DNA from: Candidatus Babelota bacterium
Lineage (GTDB): Bacteria > Babelota > Babeliae > Babelales > Vermiphilaceae
Assembly (NCBI GenBank): GCA_042576225.1
Contig: JBHPCA010000002.1
Span: 529 to 64,528 of the forward strand
DNA: 64,000 nucleotides
Reading direction: 5' to 3'
Shown: in pieces, positions 26,749 through 34,994 of the stretch
Position numbering within the stretch: the stretch's first letter is position 1
Layout of the letters: every line of letters starts with the position of its first letter
Program-made: the position numbers and the translations under genes
Notes under the pieces: generated by a model
The model's input: only the letters and a program-made list of their open reading frames with translations
Databases searched by the model: none
What the model was told of the DNA's origin: nothing

Positions 26749-29304
26749 TTAGCTGCAAAATGACGTACAGCAGAAACCTTCAAACGCCAAGTTGTCTAGT
26801 GGTCTTGGCTTGATAAACATATTTGAAACTTTCATGTCATAGAACGTGTTAAACACACCTTCACTTGCATTCACACCATTTCCTGATAGCAAGTTTTTGT
26901 CTATTAAATTGCAACAGCCTGGAGCCATGATTCCAATTGCACACAATCCACCGGAAACATTTGCAACCTTGTTGTTTTGCACCACACAGTTCATGACACA
27001 TATTCCAGCTGATATAACTTCAATGTTTGTCGAATAAAGCTGCTGAATATCGCCCGCCATAACAATAAACCTTCCGCATGGTGACCAATCTAGCCATTTA
27101 TCACCTGAAATTCGAGGGGTAGGAATATAATCTACATAAGTAAGTACCGAACTCGCAGAAAGAGAAGGATCAAAATCGTATTTAATAAGTGTTGTACCCG
27201 TTACTACAAGGCTCTTGCCGTCAGGCGCCCATTTCACATCAGTCAAATCAGCATCTATATCTTCTACAGTCAATGATGTAAGTGCATTGTTTATATAATT
27301 ATACTCAAACACTTCTAAGTTCTGAGCAGGACTCCCTGCATACCCAACCACTGCTAAATAATACTTGTCACGAGATGCGATTGGATTCCAATCTGCATTC
27401 TTAACACTGGTACCGGAAGTTAAGTTGTCAGCTAATACATCTACGGTACCGTAGAACTTTGCAAAACTAGCAATATTTAATGTATTTATCTTTTCCGACA
27501 AGCCATAAACCAATCCATTATCATCCGGCGTGAGGGCCAAAGCTTTAGAAGAATTTGTCACATCAACAACTCTATTTTCAACCAAATTCAGGTTTGCACC
27601 GTCAAATGTAAAGTTAACAAGTTTTGCTTCTTCAGTAACATCGAAATTTAAATATGTATAGACAGCATAATTAGAGGTTGTGCCTATTTGCAGATTAGTA
27701 TTGCTCGAAATAACCGTATTTTTTCCGCCCTTCGTTGTCACAAAAATATGTCTTCCATCACGAGACCAAACTATACGTAAAATATCATCTGGGGCCTTTG
27801 CCTGCCCAAGCTCAATTGGCTTATTTTGAATATATGATCCTACCTCACTAGTCTTCAAAGTCCTTATAGGGCCAGGAAGACCTGGGGTTGTAACAATAGT
27901 TGGAGTTGATATCGTAGAATAATAAGATTCAGAAAGAACCTGAGTATCTCCATCATAAATCGTAACATCATTTATACCAACATGCTCATCATCAACTAAG
28001 GTCAATAACTCAGAATCAAACCGATAAACCAAAAGTTCTTTTTTTACATTATGCAAAAAAGTCACAGTATGCAGATTGTCCACCTGCTGGCTAGAATCAG
28101 ATATCCAGGATACCCAAGCTTGTCTACTTTCAATTTCAGCAAAACCATCTGTACCAACTGCCAAGTGGTGACCATCTGGTGCCCACGCAACAGCATTAGC
28201 CGGTATGCTTACAATATCAGTAATACCTGAATCAGCAGGATTCGTAATTACCTTCAACTCAACTCTATCAACCTCTCGCAAGGTTTGGCCATCAAAATGC
28301 AAAACCCTTACTGTACCATCTGAGCACGCAATTGCGACGTAATCACCTTGTGGCGACCAATCAACATCGTTTATAACATCATCAAAAAGACCGGCTGTAA
28401 CACTTGTAAGCAAACTTGATGCTTTACCCTCCAAGTAAATACCAAACGCATTGCCAAATCCTGCACCGGCAACAGAGTCAACACAGCAATCTATAATTTT
28501 AGACTCTCTTTCTTCGACAATATTGCTCTCTGATCTGTAACCGAGCACAAAACCCATCGCTTTTGTAAACCAATCACTATCAACTTTATAGATACCCTCT
28601 GCCATACACTCATAAAACAGGTTATCCCAACCACTCAAAGCAGCAAAGCCATATGCATTAGAGTCTGCCGTATCATGCCCTATTCTTATTGCTTTACATT
28701 GTTTAAATTTATTGTACTTACAATTTTCTAAATGAAACCCATATTTACACTCGCAAACCTCACAATCTTTAAAGACACAATTGTTAGCGTAAGCCATGAA
28801 TAAACCGTAGTCGCAACCTGTTACAACACAGTTTCTAACCAAGCAACATTCAATAGGAGTTCCCTCAAAGCCACCAAGGTATATTGCTTTATCTCCGCCA
28901 TAGATCTTTAGATTCTCTAGAATTACGTTTTTTACCCCTAAATATAACTGTACACCTTCATAAGCACCGGAAGTAATTATCGTACCATTTCTTATTATGA
29001 CATTTTGATGTCCAGGCTCTATTCTTATCACATCTCTATCATGATATTCTATGGTAAATCCATTCAGTTCAACAATAACATTGTCAACATCAACCGTAAT
29101 ATTACCTATTATATTTTCTATAAGGTGATACGAACCTGGCTTTGTTATTACTGTTTCAACGCCATTTTTAATAATGGTACTCTCTGGCTGCATTGAATTC
29201 ATGAGAGACAATAACGGATTGCCTTTGTTAAAATCTAAACATGTTTTGGTAAAAACCGAAAACGTAAACAATAAAAGAAGAAGTATAGGAATTTTGTACT
29301 TCAT
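26749..29304 (-). CDS. secreted Cys-rich parallel beta-helix protein with embedded beta-propeller (paralog 4, Cys-rich tail)
   Basis: 851 aa starting with the MKYKIP signal peptide. Motifs ERESKIIDCCVDSV, VDWSPQGDYVAIACSDGTVRVLHFDG, VAWAPDGHHLAVGTDG, IVWSRDGRHIFVTTKGGK, VKWAPDGKSLVVTGT, NKVANVSGGLCAIGIM. Tail ends FEGFCCTSFCS. Confidence 0.7.
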   Translation of the reverse strand: MKYKIPILLLLLFTFSVFTKTCLDFNKGNPLLSLMNSMQPESTIIKNGVETVITKPGSYHLIENIIGNITVDVDNVIVELNGFTIEYHDRDVIRIEPGHQNVIIRNGTIITSGAYEGVQLYLGVKNVILENLKIYGGDKAIYLGGFEGTPIECCLVRNCVVTGCDYGLFMAYANNCVFKDCEVCECKYGFHLENCKYNKFKQCKAIRIGHDTADSNAYGFAALSGWDNLFYECMAEGIYKVDSDWFTKAMGFVLGYRSESNIVEERESKIIDCCVDSVAGAGFGNAFGIYLEGKASSLLTSVTAGLFDDVINDVDWSPQGDYVAIACSDGTVRVLHFDGQTLREVDRVELKVITNPADSGITDIVSIPANAVAWAPDGHHLAVGTDGFAEIESRQAWVSWISDSSQQVDNLHTVTFLHNVKKELLVYRFDSELLTLVDDEHVGINDVTIYDGDTQVLSESYYSTISTPTIVTTPGLPGPIRTLKTSEVGSYIQNKPIELGQAKAPDDILRIVWSRDGRHIFVTTKGGKNTVISSNTNLQIGTTSNYAVYTYLNFDVTEEAKLVNFTFDGANLNLVENRVVDVTNSSKALALTPDDNGLVYGLSEKINTLNIASFAKFYGTVDVLADNLTSGTSVKNADWNPIASRDKYYLAVVGYAGSPAQNLEVFEYNYINNALTSLTVEDIDADLTDVKWAPDGKSLVVTGTTLIKYDFDPSLSASSVLTYVDYIPTPRISGDKWLDWSPCGRFIVMAGDIQQLYSTNIEVISAGICVMNCVVQNNKVANVSGGLCAIGIMAPGCCNLIDKNLLSGNGVNASEGVFNTFYDMKVSNMFIKPRPLDNLAFEGFCCTSFCS

Positions 29305-29393
29305 TAGGTCTCCTTTTAATTAAAAGTTAGTATTGCATCATAAATCACACAAAACTATACACTACTACAAAATGCTCGCACAGTACTAAATTC

Positions 29394-31910
29394 TTAGTAT
29401 GGAGGAATTGACCAGTTACCTAAAATACTGTGCTTGCCTGCCAAGCCTTTATAGAATACGTTGTACACACCTTCTGTAAAGTTGACACAATTTTCATACG
29501 CAACATTTCTTGTAATGCAATTACAACATGATGCACCCATTATGCCGATTGAGCAAAGGCCACCAGTTGCATTTGCAACTTTATTACTATCAACAAGACA
29601 ACACTTCACGCTGTCGCCAACCTCTAGTACCTCAACATTCAAAACATCTTGCGTATTTTCTCCTGCAATAACAATATATTTGCCACACTCACCCCAATCA
29701 ATGTATTTTGCCCCTGCAATTTGAGTATCGTACACAAAAGTACTTTCCAATGTACCCGTCACACCTGCAACACTAAAACTAAATACACCCACCTCGTTTG
29801 TTGGACCTGTACCTGTAACAACTAAATCTTTACCACTTGGCGCCCATTTTACTGAGGTCAACATACTGTCAAATACTTGTGCAACAAGTGATGTTACGGT
29901 TGTACCACCTTTGTACTGGAACACTTCTAGGTTAGAACCATCTAATACACCTGCAACTGCCAACAGATAATTATCACAGCATGCAATAGGATTCCAATCT
30001 ACACTATCTACCAATGTATTTGAACTTGCATTATCAACAACCATAGTCCCAAATGAATCTGCTAGTATTTCATCTATGCGCAACTTATTAGCATTTTCAG
30101 ATACCCCATAAGAAATATATTTGTCATCCGGCGAAACGGCCAATGCCTTTGACGCATTAGTAGAGTCTAAAACTTTGTACTTTTTGGCCTTTATTGTGCT
30201 ACCATCAAATGAGAAACTCACAATTTTTGCTTGCTCAGTGAAGCTAAAATTTAAATAAGCATAGTTAATATAATAACCTATAATATCTTCCCAATCAGTA
30301 TTTCCTGATACACTCGTAGTTTTTCCGCCTTTTGTTGTAACAAAAATATTTCTTCCGTCACGAGACCAAACTATACGTAAAACATCATCTGACGCCTTCA
30401 CATTATCAATTTTAAATGGCCAATTGCCATACCAAACCAAATCAAAAGGATTAGGATCAGGCATACCTCTTACAGGACCAGGGAGACCTTGCGGAAACAT
30501 GATGCTTGGATAGGGACCCGATGCAATATTTCCTCCTCCTTCAGACCAGGTCTTTGTTGTGCCATCATAAATTCTTTTAATTTCATTTAATCCAACATAC
30601 TCATCATCCACAAGCGCTAGTGAGCCACAATCAAACTTATAAACCAAAAGCTCCTTTTTTACATCATTCAAAAAATTAATCTCGTGAGTTGAGTTTACTT
30701 GATCAACCTCTAGTTCCCGATACCCCACATTAACTGTAACTCCCTCCAAAACAACAGCTTCACCATCTGTTCCAACTGCTAAGTATTGTGCATCGGGAGA
30801 CCAAGCAACGGCGTTAACCGGTCTATCAAATAATGTATCACTCGCAACCAGGCTTAGGGAAGTACCGTCAAACCTTAAAACTCTTACAGAATTGTCATTA
30901 CATGCTATTGCAATGTGTTTACAATCTGGGGATATATCCATATCTTTTATATTTTCATCAAACAAACCTGTCGTTACCGAAGATAGAGAATCTAGCATAC
31001 GAGTATCTAATTTGATGCCGATTGCGTTTGCCCAACTTGTACTGGAAACAGAATCTACCAAACAATTTATAATTTTTGATTCTCTTTCTGTTCCAGTAAG
31101 CAAGAACCCAATTGCTTTGGTACACCAATCACTGTCATACCCACCTTTGTAAATATGTTCTGCAAAACACTCAAAAAACAAGTTGTCTACACCACTTTCA
31201 GATACATAACCAAGAGCCATTTTTGTCGGATCATCACTACCCACATCAACAGCTATACAATGCTTAAACTTGTTATACATACAATATTGCAAATCAAAAC
31301 CTGCTTCTTGGCAAAAACATACTTCACAATCTTTGAAGACAGATCTCTTAACGTAGGTAAGCTCATATGCTTTGACACAACTTGTGGTAAAACAGTTATC
31401 AACTTTAGAACATTTTATCTCTTGGCCTTTTTCACCCGCAAAATTCATACTATTTTGCAAGTTTGAAAGATACAAGTCTTGCAAAAATATTCCACTTGTG
31501 CCTTTGTCAACTAAGACACCGTCATTAGTTGTATCACCAACAATGGAACCATTGTGAATTAAAATATTTCTCTGACCTTCACTTACCATAATTAAAGAGC
31601 TAGTAGAACCTGAAACGGTAAAGCCATTCAGATTGATAATAACATCACTTGCGTTAATTAAAATATTGCCATCAATATTTTCAAGCACTTGGTAAGAACC
31701 AGGCTCTGTAATATTTGTAGCAGCACCATCTTTAATAATCTGTTGAGCCGGATACATAGACTTCAACATGGTTAAAATGCCACCGTTAGTTAAATCTATG
31801 CACGTATTTGGAGATTGTGAAAATATCGCAATGGGTGTTAATATGGGTGTTAATAAAAGAAGAAGTGTTGCCAAAATCGGCACTCCCTTACGCAAGGACT
31901 TGTACTTCAT
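29394..31910 (-). CDS. secreted Cys-rich parallel beta-helix protein with embedded beta-propeller (paralog 5, SIPPY C-terminus)
   Basis: 838 aa with signal peptide MKYKSLRKGVPILATLLLLL. Motifs ERESKIINCLVDSV, MDISPDCKHIAIACNDNSVRVLRFDG, VAWSPDAQYLAVGTDG, IVWSRDGRNIFVTTKGGK, VKWAPSGKDLVVTGT, NKVANATGGLCSIGIM. Ends WSIPPY. Confidence 0.7.
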   Translation of the reverse strand: MKYKSLRKGVPILATLLLLLTPILTPIAIFSQSPNTCIDLTNGGILTMLKSMYPAQQIIKDGAATNITEPGSYQVLENIDGNILINASDVIINLNGFTVSGSTSSLIMVSEGQRNILIHNGSIVGDTTNDGVLVDKGTSGIFLQDLYLSNLQNSMNFAGEKGQEIKCSKVDNCFTTSCVKAYELTYVKRSVFKDCEVCFCQEAGFDLQYCMYNKFKHCIAVDVGSDDPTKMALGYVSESGVDNLFFECFAEHIYKGGYDSDWCTKAIGFLLTGTERESKIINCLVDSVSSTSWANAIGIKLDTRMLDSLSSVTTGLFDENIKDMDISPDCKHIAIACNDNSVRVLRFDGTSLSLVASDTLFDRPVNAVAWSPDAQYLAVGTDGEAVVLEGVTVNVGYRELEVDQVNSTHEINFLNDVKKELLVYKFDCGSLALVDDEYVGLNEIKRIYDGTTKTWSEGGGNIASGPYPSIMFPQGLPGPVRGMPDPNPFDLVWYGNWPFKIDNVKASDDVLRIVWSRDGRNIFVTTKGGKTTSVSGNTDWEDIIGYYINYAYLNFSFTEQAKIVSFSFDGSTIKAKKYKVLDSTNASKALAVSPDDKYISYGVSENANKLRIDEILADSFGTMVVDNASSNTLVDSVDWNPIACCDNYLLAVAGVLDGSNLEVFQYKGGTTVTSLVAQVFDSMLTSVKWAPSGKDLVVTGTGPTNEVGVFSFSVAGVTGTLESTFVYDTQIAGAKYIDWGECGKYIVIAGENTQDVLNVEVLEVGDSVKCCLVDSNKVANATGGLCSIGIMGASCCNCITRNVAYENCVNFTEGVYNVFYKGLAGKHSILGNWSIPPY

Positions 31911-32016
31911 TAGATCTCCTTTTAATTAGAAAATTAGTGTTTAGCTTAACTTACACAAAAATATACAATACTTTACATTACTAGGTTTAGGGTACACAAG
32001 TTAAAATAAAAAATCA

Positions 32017-32110
32017 ACCCTCCGGCATCCCCCTTCGCTCGTTCCGAGCTACGGAGGACAAGAGCTCAGGGCAGGTTCCTTCTGCCCAAAGTTCTCGCAT
32101 TGTTAAACCT
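32017..32110. repeat. GC-rich dispersed repeat element, copy B, in the divergent intergenic region
   Basis: cccttcgctcgttccgagctacggaggacaa (32031-32061) matches ccccctacgctctttcagagctacggaggacaa (63516-63548). The inner hairpin gctcG-ttc-Cgagc versus gctcT-ttc-Agagc shows a compensatory pair change. Followed by the hairpin gggcag-gttcctt-ctgccc. Confidence 0.45.
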
Positions 32111-32348
32111 CGATACGCCTGACTTTGTCCTTTATCAAGCTCACAACTATGCCAGACTACTCAGGACTATTTCTAACCGTCCTATCACGCATATTAATTC
32201 AAAGTTCCAGAAAAGGCGAAATAAATCCTTTACTCTTTTGAAAATTTTTAGTAGAAATTATTGGAATTAACTATTTGAACTCAAAAAGAAAGGAAAATTG
32301 CAAAAGAATAATAAACCATTTTAACCACTTTTACCCAAAGGAGATAAC

Positions 32349-33071
32349 ATGAAGTACACAAATAAAATAATTGCATTATCCGTGCTGTGTGCAATATACG
32401 CACAGACATCTTTTAGTTGCGACGAATGCGATAGAATAAAACAACAATATGATAATCCACCAAGCTCTATTGAACAACCAAAAGGCTGTTCCTGCTCACA
32501 ACCAAAACCCCCAAAACCAAAAAGTGAAGATGAAGAGAAAGGCTGCTCTTGTTCTCAACCAAAACCCCCAAGACCAAAAAGCGAAGATGAAGAAAAGGGC
32601 TGCTCCTGCTCACAACCAAAACCACCAAGACCAAAGGGATGCTCCTGCTCGCAACCAAAACCACCCCGCCCAAAAGACGACTCAAAAGTAACCGCTGAGA
32701 TCGCAGTTGGTGAGTTAGTAGACAAGATTACCATCTTGCAAATCAAATCAGAGAATATCAAAGATACAGCAAAGCTAGAAAATATTCATAGAGAGCTTGA
32801 GGCACTTGGTGAAACATTAGACGAACGTGTAGAGAAATCTCCTGAGCTTGAGGACCTTGCAACCAAACTTCTTGTAATTAACAAGCAACTTTGGGATATA
32901 GAGGACGACATCAGAGACAAAGAACGTGCCAAAGAATTCGATACCGAATTTATTCAACTAGCTCGAAGCGTTTACTACACAAATGATGAAAGATGCGCTG
33001 TAAAAAGAAAAATCAATGATCTTACAGGATCGAGACTTCAAGAAGAAAAATCTTATAAAGATTATAAGTAG
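32349..33071 (+). CDS. secreted protein: Cys/Pro/Lys tandem repeats plus C-terminal DUF6165-like domain
   Basis: Signal peptide MKYTNKIIALSVLCAIYAQTS and four KGCSCSQPKPP(K/R)PK repeats. The C-terminal 120 aa (GELVDKITILQIK...INKQLWDIEDDIR...LARSVYYTNDER...EEKSY) looks like the DUF6165 family as I recall it. Confidence 0.7.
   Translation: MKYTNKIIALSVLCAIYAQTSFSCDECDRIKQQYDNPPSSIEQPKGCSCSQPKPPKPKSEDEEKGCSCSQPKPPRPKSEDEEKGCSCSQPKPPRPKGCSCSQPKPPRPKDDSKVTAEIAVGELVDKITILQIKSENIKDTAKLENIHRELEALGETLDERVEKSPELEDLATKLLVINKQLWDIEDDIRDKERAKEFDTEFIQLARSVYYTNDERCAVKRKINDLTGSRLQEEKSYKDYK
32481..32675 (+). repeat. in-frame tandem repeat (two 57-nt units, then two 39-nt units)
   Basis: Encodes KGCSCSQPKPPKPKSEDEE, KGCSCSQPKPPRPKSEDEE, KGCSCSQPKPPRP and KGCSCSQPKPPRP. 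The units differ mostly at synonymous sites. Confidence 0.85.
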
Positions 33072-33103
33072 TAAGAATTAAACGCATGCAAAGCAGTATA
33101 AAC

Positions 33104-33121
33104 GCCCGCCGTCTGGCGGGC
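33104..33121 (+). terminator. GC hairpin downstream of ORF 32349..33071 (weak terminator candidate)
   Basis: gcccgcc-gtct-ggcgggc. The downstream T-run is poor (actatactttctc). Confidence 0.3.
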
Positions 33122-33264
33122 ACTATACTTTCTCTCATTCCCTCCTTGGATTTATTCTGAAAACCCCAAAAAATGGGGCTGTTGCAGATTAGTCTCACAT
33201 TATATACTATTATATATAGAATATATGCCTTCAAACCCCATTTTTTAGCCATAGGAGGAATACT

Positions 33265-34707
33265 ATGAGTACCACAATTAAAGGATCATTTTTTGCAGTT
33301 ATGCTGCTATTTTTGTCTTCGCTTCAAGTAAATGCCGAATCACCTCAAAAGCTTGGTAAAAAATTAATCAAGACTTTAGAAAAAGCAATATCTTTACAAG
33401 AAAAAGGACAAACTAAAAAAGTAAAAGCAAAAATAAAAAAAGCTATTTCCCTTATACATAGAAACGCAGATGTAAATTATAAAGATGATGAAACGGGAAA
33501 CACCCCTCTTATTTTGGCAATAGATTTTAGAGATATTAAATTGGTTACACTAATGTTACAAAAAAATGCTAATCCCAATCAAAAGGTGGAAAATATATCC
33601 TTGTTTTACCCTATTGCCTTAGCTACCAGTAAGGGTGACCTAGAAATAATAAGGCTTCTTGTTGAACATGGAGCAGATGTAAATGTCAAATCCTTTATTT
33701 TTCCATGTCTTGAAGCTACCCCACTTATAATCACAGTCCAGAAAAACGATTTGAATGGAGCAAAATACCTTCTTGAAAATGGGGCCTCCCTAAACATAAA
33801 AGGAAAACTCGTAAGCTTCAATAAGCGAGAACGTTCCTTTACTGCTCTTGAAATGGCTATTGAAAATAAAAACACAGAAATGGCAAATCTACTCATAAAA
33901 AACAGTACAAATACAAATTACGAATGCGAAAACAAACAAAATTCACTTATGATAGCCGTATCTAAAGATCAACCCGAATTAGTAGAAATACTGTTAAAAA
34001 ATGGAGCAAAACCAAAGAATAAGAATTCTTATAAGGCTGCAGCATTATTCGTTGCTGCATTAAAAAATAAGAGCAAAAATGTAATAAAAATACTCAGAAA
34101 ACATGATATTGTGCCAGACATTATAGAAAATCAAAAAATTATTACCAAACTTATTCTAAAAGAAGAAACGGAAGGGTGCTGTACCCAAAATGATAGAAAA
34201 AATATAACAGTAGCAAGCATTCTTTTGAGAATGGGTACTGACAAAGCAAAACTAATAGAGCCAATCTTATTGGCAGCTTACTCAGAACATTTTACCACTA
34301 TACGTCGTAATTCAAAATACCTTAATTTAAGAGACTCTGACAGTAAAACAGTATTAATACACGTTTGCGAAAAAACATTTAAAGAAAAAGGTGCGTACGT
34401 TAGAAAGAAAATGAAAAACTTGACAATTCGCCCTCTTGGCGCTGCAGTAGCAATAGAAGAATTACTAAATAATGGCGCAAACCCAAATCTACAAGATAAT
34501 ACAGGCAAAACCGCACTGATATACGCGGTTAATAGGGAAAAAACAGACCTCGTAGACTTCTCGCACACATCTAAACAACAACTTATAGAGGCACTACTTA
34601 CATATGGCGCCAACCCCAATATAAAAGACAAGAGTGGAAAATCAGCAATGGATTATGCAAAAGAAAATGGGGATAAAAGAATTATTGCATTATTACAAGG
34701 ATATTGA
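33265..34707 (+). CDS. secreted ankyrin-repeat protein
   Basis: Signal peptide MSTTIKGSFFAVMLLFLSSLQVNA. Several ANK units (GNTPLILAIDFRDIKLVTLMLQKNANPN; LLVEHGADVNVK; LLENGASLNIKG; LLNNGANPNLQDNTGKTALIYAV; LLTYGANPNIKDKSGKSAMDYAKENG). Confidence 0.85.
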   Translation: MSTTIKGSFFAVMLLFLSSLQVNAESPQKLGKKLIKTLEKAISLQEKGQTKKVKAKIKKAISLIHRNADVNYKDDETGNTPLILAIDFRDIKLVTLMLQKNANPNQKVENISLFYPIALATSKGDLEIIRLLVEHGADVNVKSFIFPCLEATPLIITVQKNDLNGAKYLLENGASLNIKGKLVSFNKRERSFTALEMAIENKNTEMANLLIKNSTNTNYECENKQNSLMIAVSKDQPELVEILLKNGAKPKNKNSYKAAALFVAALKNKSKNVIKILRKHDIVPDIIENQKIITKLILKEETEGCCTQNDRKNITVASILLRMGTDKAKLIEPILLAAYSEHFTTIRRNSKYLNLRDSDSKTVLIHVCEKTFKEKGAYVRKKMKNLTIRPLGAAVAIEELLNNGANPNLQDNTGKTALIYAVNREKTDLVDFSHTSKQQLIEALLTYGANPNIKDKSGKSAMDYAKENGDKRIIALLQGY

Positions 34708-34737
34708 AAAATAACATACCATTTCCCTAATAAATTT

Positions 34738-34783
34738 GTGGTGTTTGTGAAAATAAAAATTTCACAAACACCACCACGTTTTT
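34738..34783 (+). terminator. intrinsic terminator after the ankyrin gene
   Basis: Perfect 15-bp stem gtggtgtttgtgaaa (34738-34752) / tttcacaaacaccac (34760-34774), followed by cacgttttt. Confidence 0.7.
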
Positions 34784-34994
34784 ATCTACAAAAAACAAAA
34801 CTAATCAAGAAATCACCAGCTACTTTGCGTCTTGTAATAACAATTCACATCTCTCTTCCCAAAATATCATTTCTCATCTCACATCACCCTGAGCTTGAAA
34901 AAACATAAGAATCTGGAAAAAATAATCCCGTGTACTATACTTGAGTATTATATACTTATTAAAAAAAATTATCACAAAATATATATGGGAAGAA

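Noticed and set aside
32481-32675. Possible CRISPR-like array, because of regularly spaced repeats.
   Set aside because: The units are contiguous with no spacers. They are in-frame within a CDS and there are only four copies, so this is a protein tandem repeat.
32449-32761. Alternative-frame ORFs across the PKPP repeat (32449..32691 plus; 32467..32685 and 32555..32761 minus).
   Set aside because: Repetitive sequence keeps several frames open. Only the frame starting at 32349 has a signal peptide, RBS (AAAGGAGA) and a recognisable C-terminal domain.
33022-33252. 76-aa minus-strand ORF in the intergenic region upstream of the ankyrin gene.
   Set aside because: It overlaps the 3' end of ORF 32349..33071 and its hairpin. 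It has no RBS and a junk-like composition.
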